Of a DNA stretch of 64,000 nucleotides, positions 14,560 through 28,053 are shown piece by piece. The notes under the pieces were generated by a model. The model was not told where the DNA came from, did no database searches, and worked only from the letters and a program-made list of their open reading frames with translations. The position numbers and the translations under genes are program-made. The DNA lies in NCBI RefSeq assembly GCF_006345805.1, contig NC_042999.1, positions 52,328,001 to 52,392,000 of the forward strand, in the 5' to 3' direction. The number at the start of each line of letters is the position of its first letter. The first letter of the stretch is position 1. Source of the stretch: Octopus sinensis (lineage: Eukaryota).

Positions 14560-16365
14560 GAAAATCGATTATATCGATCACAGTGCTCAACTGGTACTTA
14601 TCGATCTCCGAAAGGATGAACGGCGAAGTCGACTTCAGTGGAATTTGAACCATGAACGTAATGAGGGACAAAATGCTGCTAAGCACTTTGTCCGGCATGG
14701 GAATTCTTCGCTAGTTCACTTTTTAATAGATAGAAAATGCGAAATTTTGTCCGTCTTTACATTCTGAGTTCGACTTTGCCTTTCATCTTTTCGGGAACGA
14801 TAAAATAAGTACAATTTAAACATTGGGGTCGATGGAATGGACATAGCACATCCTCCAGAATTGCTGGCCTGACAGATTGGAAAACTAAGACCTCGGATTA
14901 CTGCCTCCAATCCAGCAGTAGCCAGTGACGAGTTGAAATTTTACGAGAGATAAAACTTAGTAAAACACATATCTCGGATTTCAGGTTGAGCCTTGCAGTT
15001 AAGAGGTATGTTTCGAATCGACCCGAGAAGAGTTACTATTAAACACCTTCTTTTTCTTCCCAAACCCTTGGTCAACCAAAGCCTTATGTGCGGAATTTAG
15101 AAGACGGAAACTGTTTGATGTTAGTGGGTGTAAGACGTAATAAATCAATCGCTTTAACACCACTCCTTGCAACCCGGCTGCCTTAAACGCTCTGTGGATA
15201 AAATTTGTGCCAAGGTCTCTGATTTGAGAAAAAACTACCTCGAGCAGTCAGAGATACCCTGAAAAATGTTAAAAACGCTGTCCTCCCTATTTTTGGCAAA
15301 GCGATGAAAGAAAAAAATGTTTCATCACATTGTGATTATTAAATCCAATTATAGCGAACGGGATAAAACGATGAATCATCACACACACGCACACACATTT
15401 ACACATGGTCACAAACACACAGATATGTCCGTACATGCAGCCATATGCACATTCACATATCCACACACACACACACACACATACACACACACACACATAT
15501 TTGCTTGCTTGTGTACAGATACATGCTCTCATGCATATTTATTCACGTATGACTTTGAAAGTGGCGAACTAGCAGAATCTGTAGATTGTCTGACAAAAAG
15601 AGTAGCATTTCGTTTTTCTTTTCCGAGGTCAATATAACAGGTAAGGCGGCGAGGTGGCAGAAACGCTAGCGCGCTGGGCGAAATGCTTAGCAGTATTTCG
15701 TCTGCCGTTACGTTCGGAGTTCAAATTCCGCCGAGGTCGACTTTGCCTTTCATCCTTTCGGGGTCGATTAAATAAGTACCAGTTACGCACTGGGGTCGAT
15801 GTAATCGACTTAATCCGTTTGTCTGTCCTTGTTTGTCCCCGCTGCGTGTAGCCCTTTGTGGGTATTAAAGAAATAGGTATTTCGTCCGCCACAACGTTCT
15901 GATTTCAAATTCCACCGAGGTCGATTTTGGCTTTCATTTATTCGGGGTAGATAAATTAAGTACCAGTTGCGTACTGGGGTCGTTCTAATCGACCGGCAAC
16001 CTCCCCCAAAATTTTGGGCCTTGTGCCTAGAGTATAAAATAATATAAGATACTGGTTAAGCACCGGCGTTGATGTAATCGACTTTAACTCTCATCTAGAA
16101 CTGCTGGAGTTGCGTCAGAATTCGAAGCAATCATTATAGCCGTGACTGGGCAGCGAGCTGGCAGAAGCATTAGCAGATCGGATAAAAGGATTAGCGACGT
16201 TTCGTCCGTTTATACGCACTGAGTTTAAATTCAGCCGAAGTCGATTTTGCCCTTCATTCTTTCGGGATCGATAAAATAAGTACTTGTTGAGTACTGGGAC
16301 TGTTTGCTATCGACTAGCCCCACCCACCAAATTTTAGGCCTTGTGCCTTTAGTAGAAAAGATTAT
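14560..16365. mobile_element. Cluster of SINE family 2 copies (best copy 15645-16045 +, dimeric)
   Basis: Repeated GGCGAGCTGGCAGAA...GAGTTCAAATTCCGCCGAGGTCGACTTTGCCTTTCATCCTTTCGGGG at ~14565 (-), 14735, 15560, 15645, 15880 and 16150. Further copies at 23868 and 25385. Confidence 0.85.
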
Positions 16366-16894
16366 TACAGCTACCACACAAGGATATCGAGTTAAGATAT
16401 CTAAAAAATTTTCCTGAAATTCGTCTCTTTTAATTTGAACGTCTTTATATATTTCCTTTTAAAAAAAAATGTATATTCTTTAAATTCCGACGCGTGATAG
16501 AACTTACTAAGTGTTGATGAGTGGATTTTAATTGTAAAAATCTAAGTATTTTAACTTTTTTGCGATGAGTCGTTTTGTTTTGTGAGAATGATTTCAAGAA
16601 AAGTAGAAAAAGAGGAGAAAGTTTAAAGGAAATAATAAACTGCAATTCAACAATAACAACTATAATCGCAACAGCTAAAGTAACAACAACAGCATTAACA
16701 AAATATAAAAACAAAAGATAATAACGACAGCTTATTTTCAGAATTCAGCGAAGAGAATTAATTCAGAAAACGAACAGCAAGTGTAGTAGAATAAACGATG
16801 TCATTGGCCGTGGTGTGTGTGTGAGATGGGAGGAATACTTTGTCAAAGGCATCGCCGTTTCTTTATCTGCGAAGGACAGCAGTGCATAGATCTT

Positions 16895-17065
16895 GAACTT
16901 GACCTTTGGCAAGTTCACGAGGAAACAGGTGCACAAAATACTGACCTGTACATGGTCATTGTTGACTTGACCAAGACCTTTGATACAGTAAATCGTGATA
17001 CGCTCTGGAGAATTTTGTCAAAAGTTGGTCTTCCTGATAAAACGGTAAAAGTAATAGTATCACCG
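16895..17065 (+). mobile_element. RTE RT fragment
   Basis: DLYMVIVDLTKTFDTVNRDTLWRILSKVGLPDK. Confidence 0.75.
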
Positions 17066-17297
17066 TTCAGAGGCGTTTTTCTGTTGCCGCTGGAACCAAA
17101 CGCTGGATGTGTTTTCATATTCTTCTGAATGATGCTCCAACAAAAAAAAAAAAAAAATGAGGTTTTCGAAACAGGAGAGAGAGAGAAAGAAGCAGAGAGA
17201 AGGTGGAAAGAAAGAAAGGAGGAAAAAAAGAAAGAAAGAAAGAAAGAAAGACAGAAAGAAAGAGAGAGAAAAAGAAAAAAAGAAAGAAGGCAATAGG

Positions 17298-17588
17298 AAT
17301 GAAATGTTGGAAAAGTGAAACATTTAACTTCACTTTGTGATACAGATAGGTTAATGGACTATCTGAACATTCTAGACCAACACCTGGTATTGTTGTTGTT
17401 GTCGTTATTGTGGTGGTGGTGGTGGTTGTCGTTGTTGTTGTCATAAATGTTACAACCTTCACAATGAAATGTTGGAAAAGTGAAACATTTAACTTCCCTT
17501 TGTGATACAGATAGGTTAATGGACTATCTGAACATCCTAGACCAACACCTGGTATTGTTGTTGTTGTCATAAATGTTACAACCTTCAC
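17298..17588. repeat. Tandem duplication (two copies, ~165 and ~126 bp)
   Basis: AATGAAATGTTGGAAAAGTGAAAC...ATAAATGTTACAACCTTCAC occurs twice; the copies differ mainly in an internal (GTT/GGT)n tract. Confidence 0.9.
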
Positions 17589-17864
17589 TGAGTCGAAACC
17601 GACTCCAGAAAGAACCGCTCCACCCCAATACCTTCTCTCACTTCTTCTCTTCTCCTACTCTCTCTCTCTCCCTCGCTGACCACTTTCCACATCGTCATGT
17701 TTACAGTTTAATCTGATTTCATCGACTGATTTTTAAGCAATGTTTAATGTATGGAGATCCGTATCTTTCCACGTTCCCCAGCACTTCGTATCTTGATAAA
17801 ATCTACGTGTACATTACATATGTACATTCACACTTCACACACTCACACACTCACACACATATGT

Positions 17865-18635
17865 GTGCATTTTTTTTCTCTCCTTCTTTCTGTGTTTTTC
17901 TCTCTCTTTGTATCTTTCTGTTGAAGAGCGTAGGCTCGAAACGTTAAAGACTGTTTTTTATTTATATTTCCTGAGCGCCATACTAATACAATTGTTCGTT
18001 TGTTTTTCCCCTGCCTTCGTCTTTTGTTTATTTTCATAAGCTTCCCGTTATATAGTATGCGCTACGTGGTCTCACTTTCATCCTATATTCTACCAATACC
18101 ACTATCAACACTTACCTCTACCTTGGATTTTCTTTACCTCTTGGATACTTACCATTGGCTGCACCTCTCTTTCGCGGATCAAAGTGACTTTGCATTGATG
18201 TGAATCCTTAAAAATATAACCACGACGTCTACAACATTTCTCACCTTGAACTTTCAACCTTGAACTTGTTCGCATAAACTGTCCGTTTGTTGTATTTTTA
18301 TTTTCTCTTATATTACCACTTTTTTTACATTCATTTCATGCTTCCCACATTTTCCTGAATTTTTTATCTCCCCTTATTTCGCTCTCGCGTCTCATGTTTG
18401 ATCTTTGACTCTCTGGCCGAAATCAGATCGCCATGTGATTCGTTAGCTACTGCACGCATTTTTTTTTCTCTCCTTCTTTCTGTGTTTTTCTCTCTCTTTG
18501 TATCTTTCTGTTGAAGAGCGTAGGCTCGAAACGTTAAAGACTTGTTTTATTTATATTTCCTGAGCGCCATACTAATACATTGGTTCGTTTGTTTTCCACC
18601 TGCCTTCGTCTTGTTTGTTATTTCATAAAGCTTCC
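17865..18635 (+). repeat. Two ~180-bp direct copies of a dispersed element with a hammerhead-like motif
   Basis: 17865-18045 matches 18455-18635. The same family occurs at 5345-5470, 33330-33500 (-), 60930-61100 and 63880-64000. Confidence 0.85.
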
Positions 18636-18750
18636 TTTAATATATATATATATATATATAATATATATATTATATATATATGTAATCATATAATCCACGA
18701 ACTACTTGATTCCCAGAATCAACTTTATTTGTGTGTGTGTATGTGTGTGT

Positions 18751-18801
<51 letters not shown>

Positions 18802-18869
18802 TACTACACTACTACACAACACACAGCAAAACGATACCTCTCGGTTCTACATCAATCACCAAATCTCCA

Positions 18870-19370
18870 ACGTATAATTTTTTAAAAATCACAAATTGTC
18901 AGCAGTGGAAGAGAACCACCTAACCTCAAGAGACTCCTAACAAAGGCGAGACTCACATTTGAAAAGTAATCGATGGAAGTAACCAACTGTAGAAACCCCC
19001 GTTGTGGGACATGCGAATTAATTGACCAAGGGACAACCAAAGGATTCAAGAAGGGGAAGAATTAAAAGTTATTGCAAACATGAATTGCAAAACAAAATAT
19101 CTCATCTCCCGCATCACATGCCCACAATGCAATGAAAACTGCATCGGGGGAGATTGGAAGGAAACCGACCAGTTGCGTAAATGTGCATAAACAACAAATT
19201 AGGAATCCATCTTTTGGGAATGTGCCATGCAGTGAACATCTAGATATTTGTGCAAATGGGAAATTAAGACTATTCTCATTTTACGAAATAAACGATGAAA
19301 ATGTACAACTACGAAAGGCAAAAGAAGAAAACTTTAAAAGAATTCTAAATCCGAAACTGAACAAAAAATA
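18870..19370 (+). mobile_element. Penelope-like GIY-YIG endonuclease remnant
   Basis: NCKTKYLISRITCPQCNENCIGEIGR...VHKQQIR...LRKAKEENFKRILNPKLN, read across frameshifts. Confidence 0.7.
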
Positions 19371-19724
19371 TTCAACCCTTCATATAATAAACAATGGTGA
19401 AAGAATATTTACATATTTCCTTTTCACAAAATATTAGATAAAAATGATTAACTAAGAAAGACAAATGAAGAATGCTTCATAAATAACGTTAAGTCCGAAA
19501 CTAAACCGGAAATAACTTGCAATACCACGACTAAAAACTTCCTCTCATTATCCAAGCACACGTATGTATGGAAGATATTCGAAAGCGCTTACACACACTA
19601 GAAAGAAACTTCTTCCACAAAGTTTAGTGACATTCTAGTAAAGAACTTATAACATTTGGTAAATAAAAATTTAAGAAATCTTTTGTCATATTAGTAAAAC
19701 TGTATGAAGCAATTTTCAAAAATA

Positions 19725-19812
<88 letters not shown>

Positions 19813-19849
19813 TGTTTCGAATTTGCGTAAATGTGTATAGATTAGTATA

Positions 19850-20151
19850 ACAGTTGAATAAAGATATAAAACAGTCTGGTTTTCACATTTTTTATTATGG
19901 TATTTTTGCAAAATCAACGCTTTCATACATAGTGTATTCATCAAATTTCAATGTGTTTAACTGACATTTGAGTTCTTGGCAACTTTAGTACCTGGTTGGA
20001 GCGTTCTAAGAGGTACTAAAGTTGTCAAGAACTCAACTGTCACTTAAACACATTTGAAATCTGATGAGTACACTCTATATGAAATCGCAAATTTTGTTAA
20101 AATACCATAATAAAAAACGTGAAAACCAGACTTGTTTAACTTTGTTCAACT
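19850..20151. repeat. Fold-back inverted repeat (~143-bp arms, 17-nt loop)
   Basis: ...GCAACTTTAGTACCT [GGTTGGAGCGTTCTAAG] AGGTACTAAAGTTGTC... Confidence 0.92.
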
Positions 20152-20152
20152 A

Positions 20153-20187
<35 letters not shown>

Positions 20188-20677
20188 GTAAAGAAAAAAT
20201 AAGATGGCTAGCAGCAGGCTGTTTCGCCTCATACCGAAGGAATTAGAAATGGCAGTCAAAGACAGTTTTTCCATTTTCTATAAGTGGAGAATCCAAAAAC
20301 GAAGGCCCTTACGGCTCACATACACAAAACCGGAGTGGCAAATATACGAAGTCAGTCACTTACCGTTAATAGCGAACACGTGTTTCTGGATCGCAAACAT
20401 AGAAATCAGTTTGAATTCCGTCATCGGCGCTATATTCGATAGCTTTACCAAATGCCACTAGCCCTCACTTCTGACCCAGTGACATCAGATAGTGGGGGGA
20501 AGAGCGCAGATGTTAAAACTAAGTAGCGACTGGGAACGTAAATTTTCCCTCCAAAATTCTGCCATGCGCGCTTTCTGGGTAATCGTAATGGAATGAGGAA
20601 TCCACATGGTAATGCAATAAAAATGGTAAATAATTTTCCTGTGGTTTTTCATGTAACCAACAATTATTTACCGGTAA

Positions 20678-20708
<31 letters not shown>

Positions 20709-20709
20709 C

Positions 20710-20759
<50 letters not shown>

Positions 20760-21569
20760 CACACACAATCTCCCACACACAGACACACACAAGCTTGTGT
20801 ATGTATCGATGAGACAGCACGTAGCAAAGGGAGCGGATAGATGGATACTGGCAGAGCTCAGAAGAGAAAAGCACGTCATTGCTCTTCCAATATGCTAGTT
20901 AGAACATAAAGGTTCGATTAATAACATAGATGTTAAGGTATTATCAACGCGTAGAACAGACACAATACTTAAACAGATTACAGAGGCCGTACATATGTAG
21001 TAGAAAGACCGAGCTTCAATAGAAAACATGACTGGAACAATAACACCCCACCACCACACTACAGAATATGACAACTAAACACAGAATGAGAGAAAATAAG
21101 ATGCAAATTCAGTCAGTATAATATATAAACCCTTATGAACACAGACGAAGGACACACATACACATACTCAAGAGGAACGAGAAAAAAATAAGTAAATAAA
21201 AGAAAGAATTAAGTAAATAATCGAAAAAAGAACTAGATAAAAGGTACATATACAAACAGAATAATAATCAAACCCATATGCACACATATAAATCACAGAG
21301 ACATATGCGCACACACGCACGCACGCACACAGACAGACAGACATAGACACACAGATGTAGACGCAAACACATGCACGGAAAGACAGAATTGACTGAAAGG
21401 AATGTGAGGAGACACGTGAGATGGAGAGTTGCAGAAGAAGTCACAGGTTCTGTGACAAAAGATTTAGACAAAGGACACTAAAAAAAGACAAATAATAAGC
21501 TGAAGTGAAGAAAGAATATACAGAGCGTGTGTTTATTTGGTAAAAAAAATGAATGAAATGACCATCCGA

Positions 21570-22708
21570 AATATAACAATATTTGGTGCAACACACGATT
21601 TCACATCAGGAATCTTGCGAAGAAATTACACAAACAATTTTTTTTCTTTCCAGATTAATTTCTGACCATAAATATAATGGTTGAATTTGTATCGAATTTT
21701 CTCTTCTAAAATGAGTTCATAACAGACCCATATCAAACATCAGGCAGAATGATTTCAGAAGGGCTCTTCAGTTATAGAAACAACAAGAAATAGCCGTTTT
21801 GTGTCGTCAACGGTTTGGCCAGTTCCACTCGGGAAATTTTTCTTTCATCCTTGATATGGACGACAACGCTCTGTCAACAGTGAGCTTCTGAATACCGTAG
21901 TCGAGGAAAAGCAAGCTGCAAGACAATTAGCAAAATGTTTCAGTTCAAATTACAGTTCGATCGCAAAACAGATTCTTGAATTTGGAAAATTGTCTAAACG
22001 TGGTCAGCAAGTCCCTCATCATCTGATTGCTTCTCATCTTAATCAAAGAGTTGCCCTCTGCTCGCTATTGAGAAATATATTTGCTACCAAATCATATTTG
22101 AGTAGAATCATCACAAATGATGAAAACTAGGTTCTCTATAATGTTATCCAATCAAAACGATAATGGTTTGCACCCAAACCAAGACTACATCCTCCAGCAG
22201 TTATACTCTCTGTTCGGTGGAGTATAAAGAGTATCGTCTATCTTGAGGTGTTAACCCAAAACGAAATAGTTTATGTAGAGAAGTATTGTCTTCATGTGGA
22301 AGAATTGCACAAACATTTGCAGAAAAGGGCACCCATTACTGGGTGTTGCTCTTGCACAATAATGCAAGACAACATATTGCCGAAATTACGCAGGGAAAAA
22401 TTAGGACACTAAATATGGGAAATTTGCCTCATCCTACTTGCTTTACTGACTTTTATCCACCTGTCTACCATCTTTTTTTCAAGAAAACTAGTTTAATTCT
22501 TGCCAAAAGATTACAAATGATATACTGAGTGTTTCTTATTTTCAAAACCAGAAACATTTTACATCCAAGGAACACCAATTTGCCAAATAGCTGGGATTAT
22601 CAGTAATCAAAAATATATATTATCGTGATTAAATATATTGATAAGGATGAAAGAAGCATTTATTTCGTCTCCATTTTGAAATGCTTCAGTGTTTTCTATC
22701 CAACCTAA
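21570..22708 (+). mobile_element. Decayed mariner transposon
   Basis: ITNDEN*VLY, LLLHNNARQH and LPHPTCFTDFYPPVYHLF (compare HPPYSPDLAPSDYHLF); TIR-like end TCTATCCAACCTAA. Confidence 0.75.
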
Positions 22709-24715
22709 AAGAAATTACATTTATCTTATTATGAAATTAATTTTCAAGGACTGAATGGTTTGGATAATGTCTATTGCATATCGATACAGTTTATTATTGG
22801 GAGGAGCTGATCAAACAGGTTTCCGATTTGGAAATGTGCAGAAATGTGTACTCTGTGTCTGTCCTCTGATAACTCAGTTATGGCAATCAAATTCAATAGA
22901 AAACAATAGAAAACAATATAAAGGTTGCGGCATTCTTAGACTGAAACATTTTCTCTCGGTATAAATTGCATTCCAACATTGATATGTTTATGCAATATTT
23001 AGTTCTATTGCTACATATTCGTACATTTGCATACACACCATTAATCACAGCATATTTTTTCTCTAAACTTCTCCCCCCCTCTCTCTCTCTCTCACTCTTT
23101 CTCTAATCTCATTCTATTATTTTTTATTTTAAATTCTTTCTATTTCTTTTAACTTGTCCTTTGTTCACAATCTCTTGTCATTCTTTCGTCTCCAGTTTTC
23201 TATAGCTTGTAATATTGTTGTAACATTTGGCTTCGCCAGTCTTTTGTTTCCCCATCAAAAATCCAATACATTGCCAACCATCAGCTGTCTATCAGGAGAT
23301 AATGTAGTTTATATCACCATAGAGACGACTCTTGATAAATTAATTCTTTATTATTCAGTAACCGTCCAGCAAAACATCTGCCCGTATCTTTGTCTAATTT
23401 AGTCTATTCATACATTTTTTAAAGACAACGAAATTCCAAAATTATGAGATTAAAATATTCTACACCACATAATCCTGAGAATATATCCATCTTTGGCTGA
23501 ATGGTTGCAAATTACTGCTGAAATATATCAATGACATCTGCCGACTCACATTTACGTTTACTGATTAAATATTAAACATAAATTTATGAAATATTCCAAT
23601 AATTTTACAACAGTTTCGATGTTAAACATCATAAATTCATATTCGAAGATGATATTATTTGGATCATAGTATTGAGCGATGGCGTGTATTTAGTTTCGTT
23701 ACGAATGTTTACGCAGCGAGTTTAAATCTGGTCACGGTACACTTAGCCATTTACTTTCAAGACTCACTTATATACAGGAAGGAACCGATTAAACAAGTAT
23801 TCCTATCCCAGCTTAAGAATCATGGTGTTTCTCTTAGAAATTGTTATTCTTAGCATCACCATTATTGCAGCGAGTTGGTAGAAGCGTTAGCATTCCTGAA
23901 AACTTACATTATAACATTTAATTTGTTTTTGCGCATTGAGATCAAATTCCGCCGAGTCGACCTTGGCTTTCGTCCTCTCAGGGCTAATAACCATCAGAGT
24001 TAATTCCACAAAATTTCTTGCAGACTTGTTACCTGCAGCCTACGGTTCCATGCTATTTGTTTTCTTGAAATATCTAATACTCTCCTAGTGATTCTGTGCA
24101 TGCCAAGGAAGCAAATGTTTTCTAACAGCTCTACCGGATACTATATTACCATTACTTTTATGTTCATTTTCATAACTAGTCGTGGGTCAAATGGGGTACG
24201 CAACATCAATTATAGAGCATATATGATTCTTCGAGTTCAACACCCCTAAATCCGCCCCAACAACTGGTCCGTTTGAATTGAGAAATCCCACAGGATCTTG
24301 CAAGTCCTCGATTGAACTACCACTTTTTGTGGTTTCTGGTTGTACAACGTCTTGGCTCTTTCCCAAGCCCCAAATTTTCAAACAGTTTTCAATGCAGCAC
24401 TTTAACAACCTCATAATGTCGCCACGTTTTAGAATGCATTTTGGGGCAAGTTAGGGGCATTCATTCGCAATATTAGCAATGGTGTCTTATTTTCTTTTCC
24501 TCACAGGTTTTGTGGAACTCCAGGAGTCTTGCATACGTAGCGAGCTTACTACCTGCGGCCTACGGTACCATACTATTCGTTCTTTTCAGCTATATGGCGT
24601 TCAGCTTTGAAGACAATATTCTTCTCTATCGCCGCAGGAACTCTCTTTTTCTCTTTTCCTTTATGTCATGGTGTTTTATTCAATATGCCTCAAGTACTCT
24701 CTACCGCAAGTACTC

Positions 24716-24746
<31 letters not shown>

Positions 24747-24823
24747 CTTCTTCTTCTTCTTCTCCCCCTCCTCCCTCTCCTCCTTCTTCTTCTCCTCCTC
24801 CTCCTCCGTCTTCTTCTCCTCCT

Positions 24824-24854
<31 letters not shown>

Positions 24855-25039
24855 TTATTATTATTATATTATTATTATATTATTATTATATTATTATTAT
24901 TTATTATTATTATTATTATATTATTATTATATATGTTTGACTTTTGCTTTACATTTGTACAAGTTGGCTCCAAGTCTCACCCAGAGGCCTCAAGAGACAA
25001 CAAGTTAGAAGTTCATGTTGGTGTTATGCCTAGGGTACC

Positions 25040-25319
25040 ATATATTTGGTTTTGTACATAGTATTGTTCTAGAGAATGTTTAAGAAACAATAAGAAAATT
25101 ATGTTTGTTTTAAAACTTGAGATTACATAGAAAGTATTTTGCGTAGGATATGAGCAGTTCCCATGAGCACTATCTTTTGAATTTCTGCCATTTTGGGGTT
25201 TCCTGCTATCTGAGCTAGGTAGCAATCAGCCCCTTTTGCTATCATTCCCAGGGCACCTATAACAACAGTTATTGTTTCAATCTTCAGGTTCCACATTTTG
25301 TTAATTTCTATTTCAATTA

Positions 25320-25320
<1 letters not shown>
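25040..25320 (-). mobile_element. RLE-type LINE, 3' terminal fragment
   Basis: KMWNLKIETITVVIGALGMI...EIQKIVLMGTAHILRKILSM. Confidence 0.75.
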
Positions 25321-25377
<57 letters not shown>

Positions 25378-26239
25378 GAAAGCGTGCTGGCAGAATTGTT
25401 AGAATGTCGGGCAAAATGCTTAATATCATTAAATCAACTTTGCTTTTCATCCTTTCGTGGTCGATAAAATAGGTACCACTTGATTACTAGAATTGATATA
25501 AACGACTAGCCCCGCGATAGCATGCTGGCCAACATCATCATCTTTGTCATCTGTTGACGTGTAGGGACGTGTCTATGCTCGCTTCCATTGACTGGTTATC
25601 TGTCAAACGAGTGAAAATGATTTTCATCGGATTACTTATGGATTATTTATAATCAAGATGTTCATTCAAACTTGTGGACTTTACGCCATTCAATGATGCA
25701 CAAAAGGTCGAATTTTACACACGGTTTTATTTTTAAGCCTACATTCACTCCATGATGACATCTTTCATAGATAAATTTAAGCGCACTGAAAATCTCTAAC
25801 CGAATTCTAAAATAATACAAAAAAGACCTTATCACTTTTCCGAGCGTCAAACTAATACACCTGCTTGTTGTTTATACACTTGGCTTTGTCGTTTGCTTTC
25901 CTGTAAATTTCAACTATAAAAAACAATCTGGACGGGGAACAAATATGAATATTCTTATCTGAACCCGGAAAGAATAAAAGAGTCTGGTGAAATTGTAGTT
26001 TGAGCAAATTACATTAAAATAATAAATTTAAATCTGCTTTGTCTTTTATTACTTCCTATTGTCTAGAGAAGAGTTTCCTTGTTCTTTTTTCTCCATTCTT
26101 CATATTTCTTTATTATATCCACGAGTCTAATAATTCATTGCTAAATTTTCTTCCAGTCCAACTCTTATTTTGGCTGATGAAAGAAACATTAAGAAAAGAG
26201 AGCGAGAGTACTATACTGGCAGCACAAGACCAAGGGTTT

Positions 26240-26760
26240 CTATCTTTTCTGGATCCATTCCAAGTGACTTCATGGTAGTCCTTATGCCATCCTTAAATCT
26301 CTTTTTAGATTTACACCAATAGCATTTTCCCTCTGCAAGTTCACCATAAAACAGCTGTTTTGGTTTCCGTTCATCTACCATTTGAACAATATGGCCAAAC
26401 CATCTCGTCTGATTTTTCAGAATCATTGATTTAATTGAAGCGATGTCTGCAGATACAAAGGCATTTGTGTCTGGAGTAAAAAAAAAAAGCGCTATTTAAT
26501 GTTTTAAATGAGGCGAAGGCATTTTTGGTAGAATTGTTCAAACAATTTTAACTTACTTTCACAATACGTCCATGTTTCAGAAGGGATGGTAAGACAAACG
26601 ATTTGTAAAGAGCCAAGGTTTTTGTTGTTAATTATATGTCATTGGCGACGAACGCATGACTCCAAATCACCAAATGCTTGTGCTGCCCTTTGAATTCGCA
26701 GATGTATTTCTCTGTCCAGATTTCCATCATTTTGTACAGAGCTTCCAAGGTAAATGAAAA
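26240..26760 (-). mobile_element. RTE LINE 3' fragment
   Basis: QTRWFGHIVQMVDERKPKQLFYGELAEGK...KRFKD. Confidence 0.75.
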
Positions 26761-26795
26761 TATCAGTAACCTCAGGCTACTTACTCTTAATGAAA

Positions 26796-26877
<82 letters not shown>

Positions 26878-26947
26878 GTTTATATGTATGTATGTATATA
26901 TGTATGTATGTATAACATATTCTCAATATAAAATAGTGTACATTTAA

Positions 26948-27503
26948 ATTCCTTTCAAAATTGCTCTTAAATGTGGTTTTGGTCGTTTTGACTGATTCTT
27001 CTAGCGTGTAAAACTACTTGATAAAAGTAGTTTCTCTTGTGTTTAGTGTACACTAATTTTATATGGAGAATATGTTGTCTATTGACTTTTTATACATTCT
27101 ACGCCACTGGTAGGGAAATTTCTAAAAATATTAGCTACCCTATATATTTTACGTATATGATTTTAGCATTTCGAAGATCAATTCGGCATTATTCATCTGC
27201 TGCTGACTGAAACTGCACTTGCGCGGTGAATTTGAAAAATTATAACATAATTAGAGACACGTGTTATTTGTCTCTAAATTATATGTTAATGTTATGGTGC
27301 GGTTACTGATGAGAATTTCGTCTAGCAAATTATTTTATTTCGAAATCTAGGTATAACCGTTAAAAAATAACAAAATAAAAGTTCTTTTATTTTCAGTTCC
27401 TTCGAAACTGCTCTTAAATGTGGTCTTGGTCGTTTTGACTGCTTCTTCTAGCGTGTAAAACTACCCGTTAAAGGTATTTTCTCTTGTGTTTAAATGTACA
27501 CTA
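26948..27503 (+). mobile_element. Probable Penelope-like terminal repeat: ~107-bp direct repeats around a hammerhead
   Basis: 26948-27055 is nearly repeated at 27396-27503 (TGCTCTTAAATGTGGTYTTGGTCGTTTTGACTG...GTGTACACTA), with the hammerhead at 27299 between them. Confidence 0.6.
27299..27360 (+). ncRNA. Solo type I hammerhead ribozyme (a different family from the array)
   Basis: GCGGTTA CTGATGA GAA...TTC GAAA TCTAG GTA TAACCGT: 7-bp stem I, canonical core, palindromic CTAG in stem III. Predicted cut after 27353. Confidence 0.8.
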
Positions 27504-27976
27504 TTATATAAATATATATATAAACATACACACACACACACACGCCCGCACACACATATAGATATGGTGAGCAGAGAAAATAGAACTCAAAATATGAATA
27601 TATGCATACTATTGTTTATATTTAGTTTTTGAAACCAGTTTGATGAGCGCCAACGCATGAAACTCTCCACCCATGAGTCATATCTATGCTTCTGCTAAAT
27701 ATATATATATATAAATAATAATGAGGGAGATAAATTAATATTAATTTTAATATCAATTTAAAACCAGTAGTCCAGCATACAAAAATCTGAGGAGTCAGAG
27801 AAAATTCTAATATATGTGTATATTGGCAGGGCTTACTGCTAGGGAGTCGGCCATATGCTAGAAATAGACCATCAACGGTCAAACTACAAGGAAATTCTCT
27901 AGAGGAAAAATACAGCGAACACCAGAACCAATTTTGGCGGGCATGACAGATGAAAATTTATATAAAAAACAGAATT

Positions 27977-28053
27977 AAATGCATACCTCGGTTTCAGCCT
28001 TAACAAGAGAATTACTTATGCAATCCAAATGTCCGTGCTTCTTCAGTGCATCC
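27977..28053 (-). ncRNA. Type I hammerhead ribozyme, array copy 1
   Basis: Minus strand reads GGATGCA CTGAAGA AGC...GCT GAAAC CGAG GTA TGCATTT: 7-bp stem I, canonical CUGANGA/GAAA core, minimal stem III, GUA triplet. Predicted cut between 27984 and 27983. Confidence 0.85.
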
